Positions 41,300-52,508 of a stretch of DNA of 64,000 nucleotides are shown piece after piece; positions within the stretch are counted from its first letter, which is position 1; each line of letters starts with the position of its first letter. Source of the stretch: an uncultured Chloroflexia bacterium (GTDB lineage: Bacteria; Chloroflexota; Limnocylindria; QHBO01); contig CAWHAZ010000005.1 of the NCBI GenBank assembly GCA_963827475.1, positions 908,817-972,816 of the forward strand, written 5' to 3'. The notes under the pieces were generated by a model. The model had not been told where the DNA came from, searched no databases, and saw only the letters and a program-made list of their open reading frames with translations. The translations under genes were made by a program, and so were the position numbers.

Positions 41300-44200
41300 A
41301 GCTGTTCGGCCGTGATGCTGCACCTACTGCTGCAATGAAAGTGCACGTGATCAGCGCGGTGGAGTCACGCCCGCGCGAAGTAGAGGCGCCGAAGTCTTCC
41401 TTGCGGGGCCTCCGGTCGAAGGCCCCGACGCCAAGAGGTTGGTGATTCGGCGGCGCATGCCGTCGGCCCCCGCGAGGTGGCCCTTGCGCTCGTAGACATC
41501 CGACGCCGCGGCGGAACTCAGCCTCCGCTTCGTCCGGTTTGACGGCCGCCTCGAGAACGGTGGCCAGATCGAGGTGCGCGTCTGCGACCTGGGCAAGCTG
41601 GTCCGTAACATCAAGCATCGCCACCGCTTCACGAGCGAGTCGCTCCGGCAGTCTCAAGTTCGCCCCGACGAGACGTGACAACCGCAGGCGTGCCCGCTGC
41701 GGGGCCCTGCGATGCGGAATCGTCTTCCGCCGCGAGGTGCTGCGCCGTCTTCGCCCGCTCTTCCGCCTCGTCGTCGCGGCCAAGGGCGAGCATCGCTCGG
41801 GCGATGTTCGTGGCCGAGAACGAGGCGAGGCCTCGTTCGCCGCGCGAGGTGCGGCGGGCTCGTAGCCTTCGCGCGACAGCTCGACCGCTGCGTTTGCGTC
41901 GCGGGCGAGGCAGCTCCGCCGGCCCGTGATGATGGCTTAGCGGCGTGCCGAGCAGCTTCACCGAGCCCAGCTCCTCCACTAGCGCACGTTCCACCTCGAA
42001 GGTCGCTCGCGCTTCCTCGAAGCTGCCCTGCATCGCGAGGAAGGCAGCGATCTGACGAGACGTCAGGTTTAAGTACACCAGTGGATCGCTCATCTTGGCA
42101 GCCATGCGCTTAGCGAGGTCGAACCCGTCTGGCGCCGGAGTGGGACCCGAGTACACGAAGGTCACGACCCAACTGCGGATGTTATCTGCGACTCGTCCGA
42201 TGCGCCCCTCGCGAGAAGTTCCTGCACCATGTCCAACGCGCTCTGGACGTGCCCGATCCAGAACAGGAGCTGGCGACCTCCAGGCCGGCCAGTGCCGCCC
42301 CATCCTCATCGCCGAGAGCGCATAGTTTGCGATGTAGGCGCTTGGCCTCCTCGACGAGGACGCTCGTCGGCTCCTCACTCATGGAAACACGTGGATGGAG
42401 GCGAAGTACCTCCGCACGCGCAACCGATCGCTCATCCCCGACTTGGTCTACGATGGCCGCGGTTTCCCGCAGGAAGGCGTCCTGGCTACGCATCTCCGCC
42501 GTCCGGCTGAGGGCTTGGCCACGCGTAAAGCGCGACGCAATGGTCCGCGCGTCGTTGGGATCCTGAAGGCTGAGCGACCGTTACAGCAGATTGGCGCTGC
42601 CAAGGAATTCGTCGCGGTCCAATGCCTCCTTCCCTGCGAGTGCGAGCTGGGCCCAGGCCCGTTCAGCCAGCGGCGCGAGGCTGGGATCAGTGGCGTCGAG
42701 ATCCCGAGGATGGCGTGCGGCCTGCTCAAGATGGTAGGCGAGGATCGCGCGGTACTCGTCGAGGCGGTTGGCGAGCGAGACCGACGTGACTCGGCGAATC
42801 ACTCGTGGAGGTCCGCCCGGCTCTGTTTGGCGATGGCGCTGGTAAGGGGCGTCCCGGATGAGCTGGTGCCGGAAGACGAATGCCTCCCGTCCCCAGTTCA
42901 GCCAATCAGGAATCACGACCTCGCGCCAGGTGAGCGTGTCGAGCATCGCGCCGACGCGTCCCTCACGTTGCAGCACAGAGCCGCCACGGCGTCGCGGTGG
43001 ACGCGGTCCTCGACAGCTCCCCCTTCGAGAACAGCCGTTACCGCCTCCAGCCCGTCCAGGCGAGCAGCGAGCGACGCCTGGATCGTCGGCAGGACAGCGA
43101 GAGCGCTCCGTCGCGGCGGGCCGTACCGTTGCCGTTCGTTCAGGCCAGCGCCTGGTCGATGACGTTTTCGAGCACTTCTTCGACGAAGAGCGTCCTCCGC
43201 GGCGGTTTCCAGTCGCTCGAAGACCATAGGTCGCACGTCGGCCCGTCCCAAGGTCTCGATGAGCTGACCCGCTGCCCTTCAGCGTCGAGCGAGATGCTCG
43301 TAGCCGATCGCTTGCCGCCGCCACGCTGGCGTGACTTCGAGCAACTACGACGGCACGATCAGCGGGTTGAAGGCGTCGTCTCCATGGCCGTGTCCTCGAC
43401 CAGGTGAGAGGCGGCTGCGCCATTGCAGATCATCAAGACAGCGACAAGCGGCTGCTCGTCGCCGCCTCGAAGAAGACGATCCCCACGGATCCTGGTCCGG
43501 AGCCAGATCTCCCGCCAGTACGACGATGGTTTGGCTCCCGGCTTGGCGGTCCGGTCACGATCATCGGCCTCCGGGTCCACGCCGACACGCGCGCCACGTC
43601 GGCCATCAGGTCCCTACCAACCAGTCCGGTCGCCGCCCTACCCCATCTCCGCGATCGGTCAGGGTGACTTTCCCCATACGATGACAGCGACCGCGAACAA
43701 CTTTCAGCCAGTAGCCAGCGAGGCCACGAACTCGTTGACCAGTCGGGACTCCCCGACGCCACGGCGCCGAGAATCGTGAATAGGTGACAGACCCACTCGT
43801 CATGCGCCTCGGCGAAGGCCTCGTCGAGCAGCCAGCGTGGCCGGTCGCGCCGACCATCGGCGAGGCCATCGTCGTGGCCTGCGGCTGGCTGGTCGACGGT
43901 CGCCGGCGCAGGGTCTGGATCGGCGCCTGACGGCCTTGACGAGTGACCTGGCCCAGCAGGCTCAACATAGACCGCGTCGCGAACCAGCCGATACATCTCG
44001 GCGGTGATCAGGACCTCGCCCAGGTGCAGCGTGTGTTCGAGACGCGCTGCGACATTGACCGCGTAGCCAGTGCCCAGCCGCTGACCGCGCGTCGCATCAC
44101 CAGCGACCCACCTGGCCAGTCGCGATGACGGTCTTCCAGGAAGATCAGTTGCCGATACGGCTGAACCCTCGGGATAGGCCAGGTCTTCACGGGTGTCAAC

Positions 44201-44460
44201 GGCAGCACGAACTGCTCGGAGTGCGTCGTCTTCGTGGACGAGTAGGAGGCCGAACACGGCCATCGCCGCATCACCGATGAACTTCTCGACGAAGAGCCGT
44301 CGCGGGACCGCGGGGGTGACTCATGGAAAGGGGTCCCCAGGGGACCGGGTCACCTTCAACTCGTTCCAGCCGCTTGATAGGGCCGCGGCGGGGTGCACCT
44401 CAGTTGCCGAAGGACCGGGCCAACGCCACCCAGGCGCCGCTAACAGGCGGACGGACTGAC
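41300..44460 (-). pseudogene. Degraded multi-domain regulator (class III adenylyl/guanylyl cyclase domain - AAA/NB-ARC-type ATPase - TPR)
   Basis: Fragments in three frames: RLFVEKFIGDAAMAVFG...YAVNVAARLE (cyclase), FVFRHQLIRDAPYQ (ATPase C-terminus) and TPR-like helices. A TGA stop lies immediately before the cyclase core. Confidence 0.6.
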
Positions 44461-45857
44461 AAGTCCAGTGACGCCCACGGGCTTCGCCACCGGGCCAACT
44501 GCCTGCGTCGCCACCCCCAGGGCGTGCAACTCGTCGCACATCGCGGCGGCCAGGACGTCTAGATCTGGATACGCGTCGCGGTCGGCGGCGATGCCGATGG
44601 TCAATGCCCCGGCGTAGGACAGAGCGCCGACCCCGAGCGGCTCGTTGGCGATGAGCGGCAAAACCGGGAACACCTCGAGCACCGGCGCTCCGGCCAGATA
44701 GAGGGGCATCCTGGGTCCAGGGATGCTGGCGCTCATCAGGTTCACGCGCTGGCGCATAACCGCGATCAGCATGAGTCGCCGCAGCACTCGACCGTGAAGA
44801 GGACGTCGAGCGACGTGCGGGTCTTCGCCTTGCGCGCTGTGGTCTCCGCTGCAATCGGCCTTGAGGCGGCGATCAGGATCTGCCTCGCGCAAGGCGAGCG
44901 GGACGGCCATCTGGGCGATCCGGTTGCCGTGCAGTGGACCGCGCAGTCTCCGCCGCAGCGAGACGGGGACGTAGATCCGCACGGTCGTGTCGTCGACCGG
45001 CTCGCCGCGGCGCCGGAGCAGCGCACGCAGACCGCCCGCGGTGACGGTCAGGAGTACGTCGTTCACCGTCGCGTCATGGGCACGGCCAGCCCGCTTGACC
45101 GCGTCCAGGCGGCAGCGGATCAGCGCAAGCTCGCGGTCGGGGCCGACCATGCGGTGGAGGCTGGTCTCGGTGGCCGGCTTCTCGGCAAGCAGCTCGCGGA
45201 GCGCTGGCCATGCCGCGCGCAGTCGGCGCAGGGTTGCCAGCGGTCGAACGAGCACCGACAGCGCGCCGCGGAATCCGCGCAAGCACCGCCCCACGTTGTC
45301 GCCGACAGCGCTGCCGTCGACGGCCAGGGCACCGGGATCCAGCGTGGCGCGGCCGCCGCGGCCGTGATCGGGGCCGGATCCAGGAACGTGACCGCGGTTG
45401 CCATGGCCGCGATGCCGTCGCCAATGGTGTGGTGGATCTTCATGAACAGGCCCACCCGCCGCTCGGGGAGCCCGGTCAGGAACCACATCTCCCACAGCGG
45501 GCGCGACGGGTCCAGGCTCCGGCGGAGCAGCCGCTCGACGGCCGCCAGCATCTCGGGCTCCCCGGCAGGCGGTTCGAGCCGGAGCTCCTTCACATGTTGG
45601 CGCAAGTCAAAGGTCCGGGCTTCCACCCATAGCGGTCCACCCAGCCCCCGCCGTGGGTGGTAGATGAGCTGCCGGAATCGCGGGACGAGGTGGAGCCGCG
45701 ACTGGATCGCGGCCCGAACGTCGTCGATCTGGAACCGCCCGGCCTCGTCGAAGAGTGGTCCGCCGTCGAGGATGGCCAGCGCGCCGACGTCCTGCGGCCA
45801 CCGCCTGCTCGCCCACAGCATCATCCGATCGAGCGCGGTCAGCCGGTCAATGGCCAT
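44440..45857 (-). CDS. Wax ester synthase/diacylglycerol acyltransferase (WS/DGAT), with one frameshift near 45300-45400
   Basis: N-terminal frame has HHTIGDG (HHxxxDG); the C-terminal DUF1298-type region is in a second frame. Confidence 0.7.
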
Positions 45858-45875
45858 CGTCGGTCTCTTTTCCCG

Positions 45876-47295
45876 CTACCTGGGATCGATCGGCGTAAGG
45901 ATGCCAAGCCGGTCCTCGATCGCCTGCGCGGCGTCAAGGCACAGGTCCTCGCGGTACCGGGGACCGATGACCTGCACCGCCTGCGGAAGGCCGTCCCGCA
46001 CGCCCACCGGGACGGCGACGGCAGGCAGGCCGAGCGCATTGACCGCCATGGCCATCCGCATCGCGTGCACATCCTCGGCCACGCGGCCGTCGTCCAGGTC
46101 CGTTCCTGCCAGCGCGGGGATGTCGGTCGCGATCGGGCGACGATCAGCGGGTAGGTCTCGGCGAACTCGCCCACGCCCGCTGCAGGGCGTGTCGCGTGAT
46201 GAAGGCCCGCTCCGCGGCCACAGAATCCGGCTGCCCCGCCGCAGCGAAGAAGGCGGTCACGAATCGGCGGGTGTCGGCCGGAGATGATGGCCCGATCACC
46301 TGCTCCCAGACCGCCCGGACTCCGGGCGTGCTATCCATGACCAGCAGCGCGTTGGCAGCGGCGTCGATGCCCGGCGGCTCAACCTCATCGATGGCGTAGC
46401 CGGCCTCCTCAAGGGCTCGTGCCGCCTTCTGAACGCCGTCCTGCACCTGCGGGACGGTCCCCTGTCCGGCCGGATCGAGCACGAGGGCGATCCGGATCGG
46501 CTTGCCAAGATCTGGCCCGCGGAGGGGTGCCGGAACGGTCCACGGGTCGCGCCAGGTCGGCCCGGCGATCAGCTCAAATGCGATGCGAAGGTCGGCGACG
46601 CGTCGAGCCAGCGGGCCGTTCACGCTCGTCAACTGAACGCCGATCGGGGCCGCATCAGCCGGCTCAACGCTGCTCGCCTGAGGGACCCGGCCGAGACTTG
46701 GCTTCAGTGCGCTGATTCCACAGCATTGCGCGGGGTGGCGGAGCGACCCGAGCCCGTCGTTCCCCAGCCCCAGCGGGCTCATGCCCGTCGCGAGCGCGGC
46801 GGCCTCGCCAGCGCTTGAGGCGCCAGGCGTGCGGGATCGGTTCCAGGGATTGATGGTCGCGCCCCACAGCTCGCTGTCGCAGTGCCACCGCATGGCACCG
46901 CTGGGCAGGTTCGTGCGGCCGATGGGGATGGCGCCAGCTGCCCTCAGGCGCTCGACGATCGGGGCGTCGCGCGTCGGGAAGGACTGAGCCAGGGCCGCGA
47001 GCCCGAGGGTTGTCGGAGTACCAGCGACGTCGATATTCTGCTTGACGGTGACCGGGACGCCGAGGAGCGGCGGCAGCTCACCCCCGTCACCCACCGCACG
47101 GTCGGCCGCCTTGGCCGCCTCCTCCGCCTGCTCGGCCATGACGATGACGACGGCATTGATCGCTGGATTGACCTCCTCGATCCGCCTCAGGTGCGCATCG
47201 ACGACCTCGCAACTCGAGGCCTCCCTGGACCTGATGATCTCGGCCAGTCTGGTGGCGCTCATGCGCCAAAGCTCGGTGGCAGTTGCGATCGTCAT
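45876..47295 (-). CDS. Amidase-signature family amidase, frameshifted near 46100-46180
   Basis: GGSSAGEAA-like motif (GASSAGEAA) and GNDGLGSLR; the C-terminal VPVG..DGLP..VQVIGP is in another frame. Start at 47295 with a GAAGGAGG RBS. Confidence 0.7.
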
Positions 47296-49007
47296 GGTGG
47301 CGCCTCCTTCGACGTGGCGGCACGATGCCGACGGACGGCCGTGATCGCCGCAGCGGCGGTGATGCCGGCTACCACCGGCCTCACCCACAGATTGCCGGTC
47401 CTGGCGTCAGGAACCCTGATCAGCGACCACGGTTGACCTCCGAAATCGGTATGGATCGCCGTCGCCCGGCCGTTGATCACCTGCGCGAACACGACTCGCA
47501 CGGGGGGCATCCCGAACGGCGAGAGGTCGAGCCGGAACACGTGCGGGTCGGCCGGATCGTCGGGTTGGAGCAGCAGCCCGCCGAGCAGCGCCGGAACCGG
47601 CGTCAGGAGCCGAAGCATAAGCCGCCCACCGCGGACAAACACATCGGCTCCGCCGCCCAGCAGGAGCCGCTCGCGCAGGTCGGCGATGCGTGGCGGGAGG
47701 ACATATCGGCCGCACAGCTCCGCCCAGACCTCCGGGTGGTGTGGGGCGTCCAACCGCGAGTCGTCGGCCGATAGCCCGAGCGCGCCACGGAGCAAACGCC
47801 TGAGCTCGACGGCCAGCCAAGCGAACGCTCCATTCGAGCCGTTCGTGAAGCCGATGACGCCAATCCCGTCGTCGGGCGCCACGAGGAGCTCCGAGTTGAA
47901 GCCCGGCAGGATCCCGTCGTGGAGGACGAGCCGATGGCCGTCGGCCTCGGCGCGGAAGAACCCCAGACCCATGCCGGGAAGCCGCGAGTCCGGCTGGTAA
48001 TGGGCCTCGAACATCGTGGCGAGTGTCGCAGGCTCGAGAACGCGTCCCTGCTCGTTGACACCGCCGCCGACCAGCGCCGTAACAAAGCGGGCCAAGTCGC
48101 GACCCGTCGAGTAGATCCCGGTAGCTCCGGCGCTAATCCAGTCGCGATCCTGCACGGCCTTCGCGCCACGGCGCCGAAGCACGTAACCCGTCGCGAGCCG
48201 CGAGGCGATCCGATCTGAACGGACGAGATCGCTGTCCGTCATGCCAAGTGGCTCAAAGATCCGCTCACGGAAGTACGCTCGAGCGGGATCCGACTGACGT
48301 CCTCGACGATCTGGCCGAGCGTTGCGTAGCCGTGGTTGCTGTAGGCGAAGGCGGAGCCGGGCTCGACGACCACCCGCAGCCCGCCGCCGTAGTAGTCGGC
48401 GAGCGGCGGCAGCCGTTCCCCGAACTCCACGCTGAGGATTGGCGGACGCCCATCAGAAGGGGTGAGGCCGGCGTGGAGCAAGTCAGACGTGGCGCATATC
48501 TGGGATCCCAGCCGTATGGGTGAGCAGCTGGCGCACCGTCGCCGGCCGGAAGCTGTCGTCGACAGGGACCAGCGCATACGCACGCAGGTAGTCCCTTGCG
48601 GGCGCGTCGAGGTCGACCAGTCCCTCCTCCATCAGCTGCATCACAGCGATCGCGGTGAACAACTTGGTAATGGAGGCGACCCGAAAGACGGTGTCCTCGG
48701 TGATCGACCGCCTCGACGCGATGTCGGCGAGGCCATGACCTTGGAATTCGAAGCGCCCGTTGCGAACCACCCCCAACGCCAGGCCGACCGCCGGCCGTCG
48801 GTTCAGGATCTCCCGCGCCCCAGCGGACAGATGGAACTCAGGGACATCGGGCACCGCTCGCCCGTCGCGGTCATCCCGTGGCCGCGAAGCAACGCGGCCG
48901 TTCGCCACGAGAGTGGTCATGAGGCCTCCACACTGACTCCGCGACCGCCAATGTCGCTCAACTAGAGGGTCGCGCTGACGCACTCCGCCAGCAAGGGCGG
49001 TCTGCAT
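47292..49007 (-). CDS. Beta-lactamase-family serine hydrolase (esterase/PBP-like), split by 2 frameshifts
   Basis: ASITK (SxxK) in the N-terminal frame, YSNHGYATLG in the middle frame, and the C-terminal domain in a third frame. Confidence 0.65.
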
Positions 49008-49111
49008 CGCCGATACGGGTCAATCGGCCCTATCTGCGGAGTCCGATACGGAGCAGGGTGGCTCAGGCGGGTCGACCGCCCGGCGTTCTTGCCCAGTCCG
49101 AGGAACTGAAT

Positions 49112-50002
49112 ATGTCAACCATGCGAATCCGAGACGTCTCCCTGTTCGTCGACGTCATCGGACACGGCTACCCGCTGCTCCTGATGCACGGCGGACCCGG
49201 CGCCGATCACTGGACGCTGCGGCCGTTCCGGCAGCTGGCCGATCAGTTCACTCTCGTCTTCTACGACCACCGCTGCAACGGACGCTCAGCGGGGGCTCCG
49301 GTCACCTCGATGACGTGGGACAACCTGACCGCGGACGCGGACTCGCTGCGCGAGCAGCTGGGCTTCGAGCGTTGGGCGGTGCTCGGGCACTCGTTCGGCG
49401 GCCACGTCGCGCTCGAGTACGCGCTCCGCTATCCCGGGCGCCTGTCGCATCTCGTGCTCCTCGATACCGGAGGCGACGGCCACTGGGCGCGCGACAACGC
49501 TCCGAAGGTCCTCGCCGAGCGCGGCCACAGCCCCGCGAAGGTGGAGCTGGTCCGGCGCTGGTTCAACGGCGAGTTCGCGCCCGAAGAGATGCTCTCGATC
49601 CTCATGCGGATCGGGGACGCGTACTCCTACCATCCGACGATCATCGGCCTGCTCCGCGCCGCGCTCGGCGGCGGCTGGCGGACGAAGTTCCGTGGCGAGG
49701 CCCTCGTCTTCGCGGGCCGCCACCTCATGAAGGACTGGACGGTCATGGACCGGCTCGCCGAGGTCACTGCGCCCACCCTCGTGATAGCGGGTCGAGACGA
49801 CTTCGTCTTCCCGCCGGAGTGCCAGCTCGAGCTGGCGGCTGGGATTCCCAACGCGAGCCTCCAGTTCGTCGAGCACGCTGGCCACAACCCGCACTTGGAG
49901 CGCCCTGACGACGTCATGGATAGCGTCCGAGCATTCACCAGCGGAGAGATGGGCGCGGGGGGCGCCGCGGTCGGGATGAACCTCGCGCAGGCCGGCCGAT
50001 AA
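49112..50002 (+). CDS. Alpha/beta hydrolase (proline-iminopeptidase-like)
   Basis: HGGPG oxyanion motif and GHSFGG nucleophile elbow; GAGGAA RBS. Confidence 0.8.
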   Translation: MSTMRIRDVSLFVDVIGHGYPLLLMHGGPGADHWTLRPFRQLADQFTLVFYDHRCNGRSAGAPVTSMTWDNLTADADSLREQLGFERWAVLGHSFGGHVALEYALRYPGRLSHLVLLDTGGDGHWARDNAPKVLAERGHSPAKVELVRRWFNGEFAPEEMLSILMRIGDAYSYHPTIIGLLRAALGGGWRTKFRGEALVFAGRHLMKDWTVMDRLAEVTAPTLVIAGRDDFVFPPECQLELAAGIPNASLQFVEHAGHNPHLERPDDVMDSVRAFTSGEMGAGGAAVGMNLAQAGR

Positions 50003-50006
50003 GTCG

Positions 50007-50094
50007 TGGTGCCGGAGGAGGGATTCGAACCCCCACGCCCCCGAAGGGGCAGCGGAGTTTAAGTCCGCCGCGTCTGCCATTCCGCCACACCGGC
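50007..50094 (-). tRNA. tRNA-Leu (anticodon TAA)
   Basis: Type II tRNA with a long variable arm, anticodon loop CUUAAAC, GGTTCGAATCC T-loop and discriminator A. There is one U-U mismatch in the acceptor stem. Confidence 0.8.
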
Positions 50095-50107
50095 CCCGCT
50101 GAGATCG

Positions 50108-50181
50108 TGGAGGCGACGACGGGATTCGAACCCGTGTACGCGGTTTTGCAGACCGCTCCCTGGCCACTCGGGCACGTCGCC
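50108..50181 (-). tRNA. tRNA-Cys (GCA)
   Basis: GGCGACG acceptor, anticodon loop CUGCAAA, T-loop TTCGAAT. Confidence 0.85.
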
Positions 50182-50191
50182 ACCGACGTAT

Positions 50192-50266
50192 CTGGCTGCC
50201 CCGCGAGGATTCGAACCTCGGTTCACGGATCCAAAGTCCGCTGTCCTGCCAGCTAGACGACGGGGC
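50192..50266 (-). tRNA. tRNA-Gln (TTG)
   Basis: U1-A72 pair, G73 discriminator, and anticodon loop CUUUGGA. Confidence 0.75.
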
Positions 50267-50291
50267 ATCCCGATCGCGGCGAGGCTAGCAG

Positions 50292-50367
50292 AGCCCGCGG
50301 GGCAAAGAAATGGAGCGGAAGACGGGACTCGAACCCGCGACCCTCACCTTGGCAAGGTGATGCTCTA
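50292..50367 (-). tRNA. tRNA-Gly (GCC)
   Basis: GCGGAAG acceptor, anticodon loop UUGCCAA, T-loop TTCGAGT. Confidence 0.85.
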
Positions 50368-50404
50368 CCAACTGAGCCACTTCCGCCCGGTCAACGCCCT
50401 CGGT

Positions 50405-50480
50405 TGGTGCCGAGGGTCAGATTCGAACTGACGACACCCGCCTCTTCAGGGCGGTGCTCTACCAACTGAGCTACCTCGGC
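50405..50480 (-). tRNA. tRNA-Phe (GAA)
   Basis: GCCGAGG TA GCTCAGTTGGTAGAGC D-arm and anticodon loop CUGAAGA. Confidence 0.88.
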
Positions 50481-50527
50481 CCACGTCGGGCGCCGCTGGT
50501 CAGGATACCGATCGCCTTCGGCGTGGG

Positions 50528-51509
50528 TCAACTCGCCGAAGGTACGCCGCCCGCCGCATTCGCCGCGCTGGCCCCCGCCAGCGACTCGAGGACGGCGATC
50601 CGCTCCGCCAGCGGCGGGTGGGTGTCCCACATCGAGCTCGACCGCTTCTCGAAGGCCTTGATCGGGTTGACGATGTACAGGTGCTGGGTGGCCTTGTTCG
50701 CCACCTCGAGCACCTCCGGGTCGTCGGCGATCTTGCGCAGGGCGCCGGCCAGGCCGAGGGGGTTGCGCGTCAGCTCGACGGCGCTGACATCGGCCAGCCC
50801 TTCCCGGCGACGGCTGGCGGCGAGCATGCACCAGTCGGCCGGCGATGGGGCTGAGCACTGCCAGCAGCAGCGCGACCACCGCGAGGATCGCCCCGGCGCC
50901 TCCGCCACCCTCGCTGCTCCCCCGCCGGCGACCGCTCACCCCGCCCCAGAACGAGATCCGCAGGAACCAATCCGCCAGCAGAGCGATCGTCCCGACCATG
51001 ACCCCGATGAGGAGCATGAACCGGATGTCGAGGTTGCGGACATGGCTCATCTCGTGCGCGATGACGCCCTGCAGCTCCTCGCGGTCGAGCTTCTCCAGCA
51101 GTCCGGTCGTGACCGCGATCGAGGCGTGCTTCGGATCACGGCCGGTGGCGAAGGCATTGGGCGCGGTGTCGGGAATGACGTGGACGCGGGGCATCGGTGC
51201 CCCGCTGGCGAGGCGCATCTCCTCGACCACGTTCATCAGCTGGCGGAGGTTGTCCGGCGGGTTGGCGCGGTCGATCTCGTGCGCGTCGCTGGCGGCGAGC
51301 ACCAGCCGATCCCCGCCGAAGTACGAGGTGGCGGCCAGGATGGCGGCGATGAAGATCGCGAACACGATGCCGTACCACTCGTAGCCGAGCGCGTACCCGG
51401 CGGTCCCGGCCAGCGCAACCAGGAGCAGGGTCACGGTGAGCATGAGCAGCCAGCTCGCGCGCCGGTTGGCGGCGATCTGGGCGTGGAAGGTCGGCGCGGA
51501 TTCGCTCAC
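50528..51509 (-). CDS. htpX: HtpX-family M48 zinc metalloprotease, with one frameshift near 50830-50900
   Basis: HEMSH (HExxH) and TM helices in the N-terminal frame. The C-terminal frame (50528-50908) has ...GLAGALRKI...WDTHPPLAERI. Confidence 0.7.
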
Positions 51510-51534
51510 CGCGGGCGAGGGCCAGCGGTCACGG

Positions 51535-52110
51535 TCAGACCTGGAGGTTCACCTCGGGCACCGCGGTGTCGGCCTCCTCGATCTGGAAGTAGTCGCGCTC
51601 CTTGAACCCGAGCGCGCCGGCGAACAGCACGTTCGGGAATGTCTGGATCGCGGTGTTCATCTCCCGCACCGTGGCGTTGTAGTGCTGGCGGGAGAACCCG
51701 ATCTGGTTCTCGGTGGTGGTCAGCTCCTCCTGGAGCTGCATGACGTTCTGGTTGGCCTTCAGGTCGGGGTAGTTCTCGACCAGGGCGAACAGCTGGCGCA
51801 GGGCGCCGGTCAGGAAGTTCTCGGCTCCCCCGGCCGCGCCGGCGTTGGCGGCACCCTGGGCCGAGGCCTGCACGGCGGCGTTGCGAGCCTCGATGACCTT
51901 GGTCAGGGTCTCCTGTTCGAACTCCATGTAGCCGCGCACGGCGTTCACCAGGTTCGGGATCAGGTCGTGGCGGCGCTTCAGCTGGACGCTGATCTGGTTC
52001 CAGGCCTCGTCGACCTGGTTGCGCAGGCGGACCAGCCCGTTGTAGATGAGGATGCCGCCGATCACGATGACGGCGATGACGATCAACAGGATGATGGGCA
52101 GGAAATCCAT
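51535..52110 (-). CDS. lemA: LemA family protein
   Basis: N-terminal TM followed by the conserved WNQISVQLKRRHDLIPNLV...NYPDLKANQN motif. Confidence 0.88.
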   Translation of the reverse strand: MDFLPIILLIVIAVIVIGGILIYNGLVRLRNQVDEAWNQISVQLKRRHDLIPNLVNAVRGYMEFEQETLTKVIEARNAAVQASAQGAANAGAAGGAENFLTGALRQLFALVENYPDLKANQNVMQLQEELTTTENQIGFSRQHYNATVREMNTAIQTFPNVLFAGALGFKERDYFQIEEADTAVPEVNLQV

Positions 52111-52166
52111 CGGGGCGACGTCTCCTCAGGGCACTACGTGTGGGCGGCCATGGTACTCGCGGGACT

Positions 52167-52242
52167 GGTGGGCGGTGAGGGGCTCGAACCCCCGACCTTC
52201 TCGGTGTAAACGAGACGCTCTAACCAGCTGAGCTAACCGCCC
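52167..52242 (-). tRNA. tRNA-Val (TAC)
   Basis: GGGCGGT acceptor, anticodon loop UUUACAC, T-loop TTCGAGC. Confidence 0.85.
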
Positions 52243-52276
52243 GCGGTGGAGGCTACGCCCATCGGTCTGTGGAAGG

Positions 52277-52361
52277 TGGTGCCCAGGCCGGGACTTGAAC
52301 CCGGATGAGTTTCCTCATACGCCCCTCAAACGTACGCGTATACCAATTCCGCCACCTGGGC
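52277..52361 (-). tRNA. tRNA-Leu (GAG)
   Basis: Type II tRNA, GCCCAGG acceptor, anticodon loop UUGAGGG, variable arm GAGGAAACTC. Confidence 0.8.
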
Positions 52362-52367
52362 CAGGGT

Positions 52368-52455
52368 TGGTACCGAGGGAGGGACTTGAACCCACACGAC
52401 CGTAATGGTCACTAGGTCCTGAACCTAGCGCGTCTGCCTATTCCGCCACCTCGGC
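52368..52455 (-). tRNA. tRNA-Leu (CAG)
   Basis: Type II tRNA, GCCGAGG acceptor, anticodon loop UUCAGGA, long variable arm. Confidence 0.8.
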
Positions 52456-52508
52456 CCGGACCGCGATTCTACACGCCGTCCCCCGCCGCGAGAAAACGGG
52501 ACCTTTGG

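Larger units (their letters stand above)
38521..50006 (-). mobile_element. Tandem, decayed tRNA-Leu-integrated genomic islands (~2.6 kb + ~8.8 kb); no integrase retained
   Basis: An intact tRNA-Leu(TAA) at one end and two same-orientation 3'-end repeats (41160, 38521). There are low-GC patches at 40860-41450. Cargo is accessory-type and several genes are broken. Confidence 0.6.

Noticed and set aside
49058-50002. AQAGR peptide at both the N-terminal extension (MAQAGRPP) and the C-terminus (NLAQAGR*) of the alpha/beta hydrolase ORF, which could suggest a circular permutation or repeat
   Set aside because: The underlying nucleotides differ and the true start is the internal ATG at 49112 with a GAGGAA RBS, so the similarity is coincidental.
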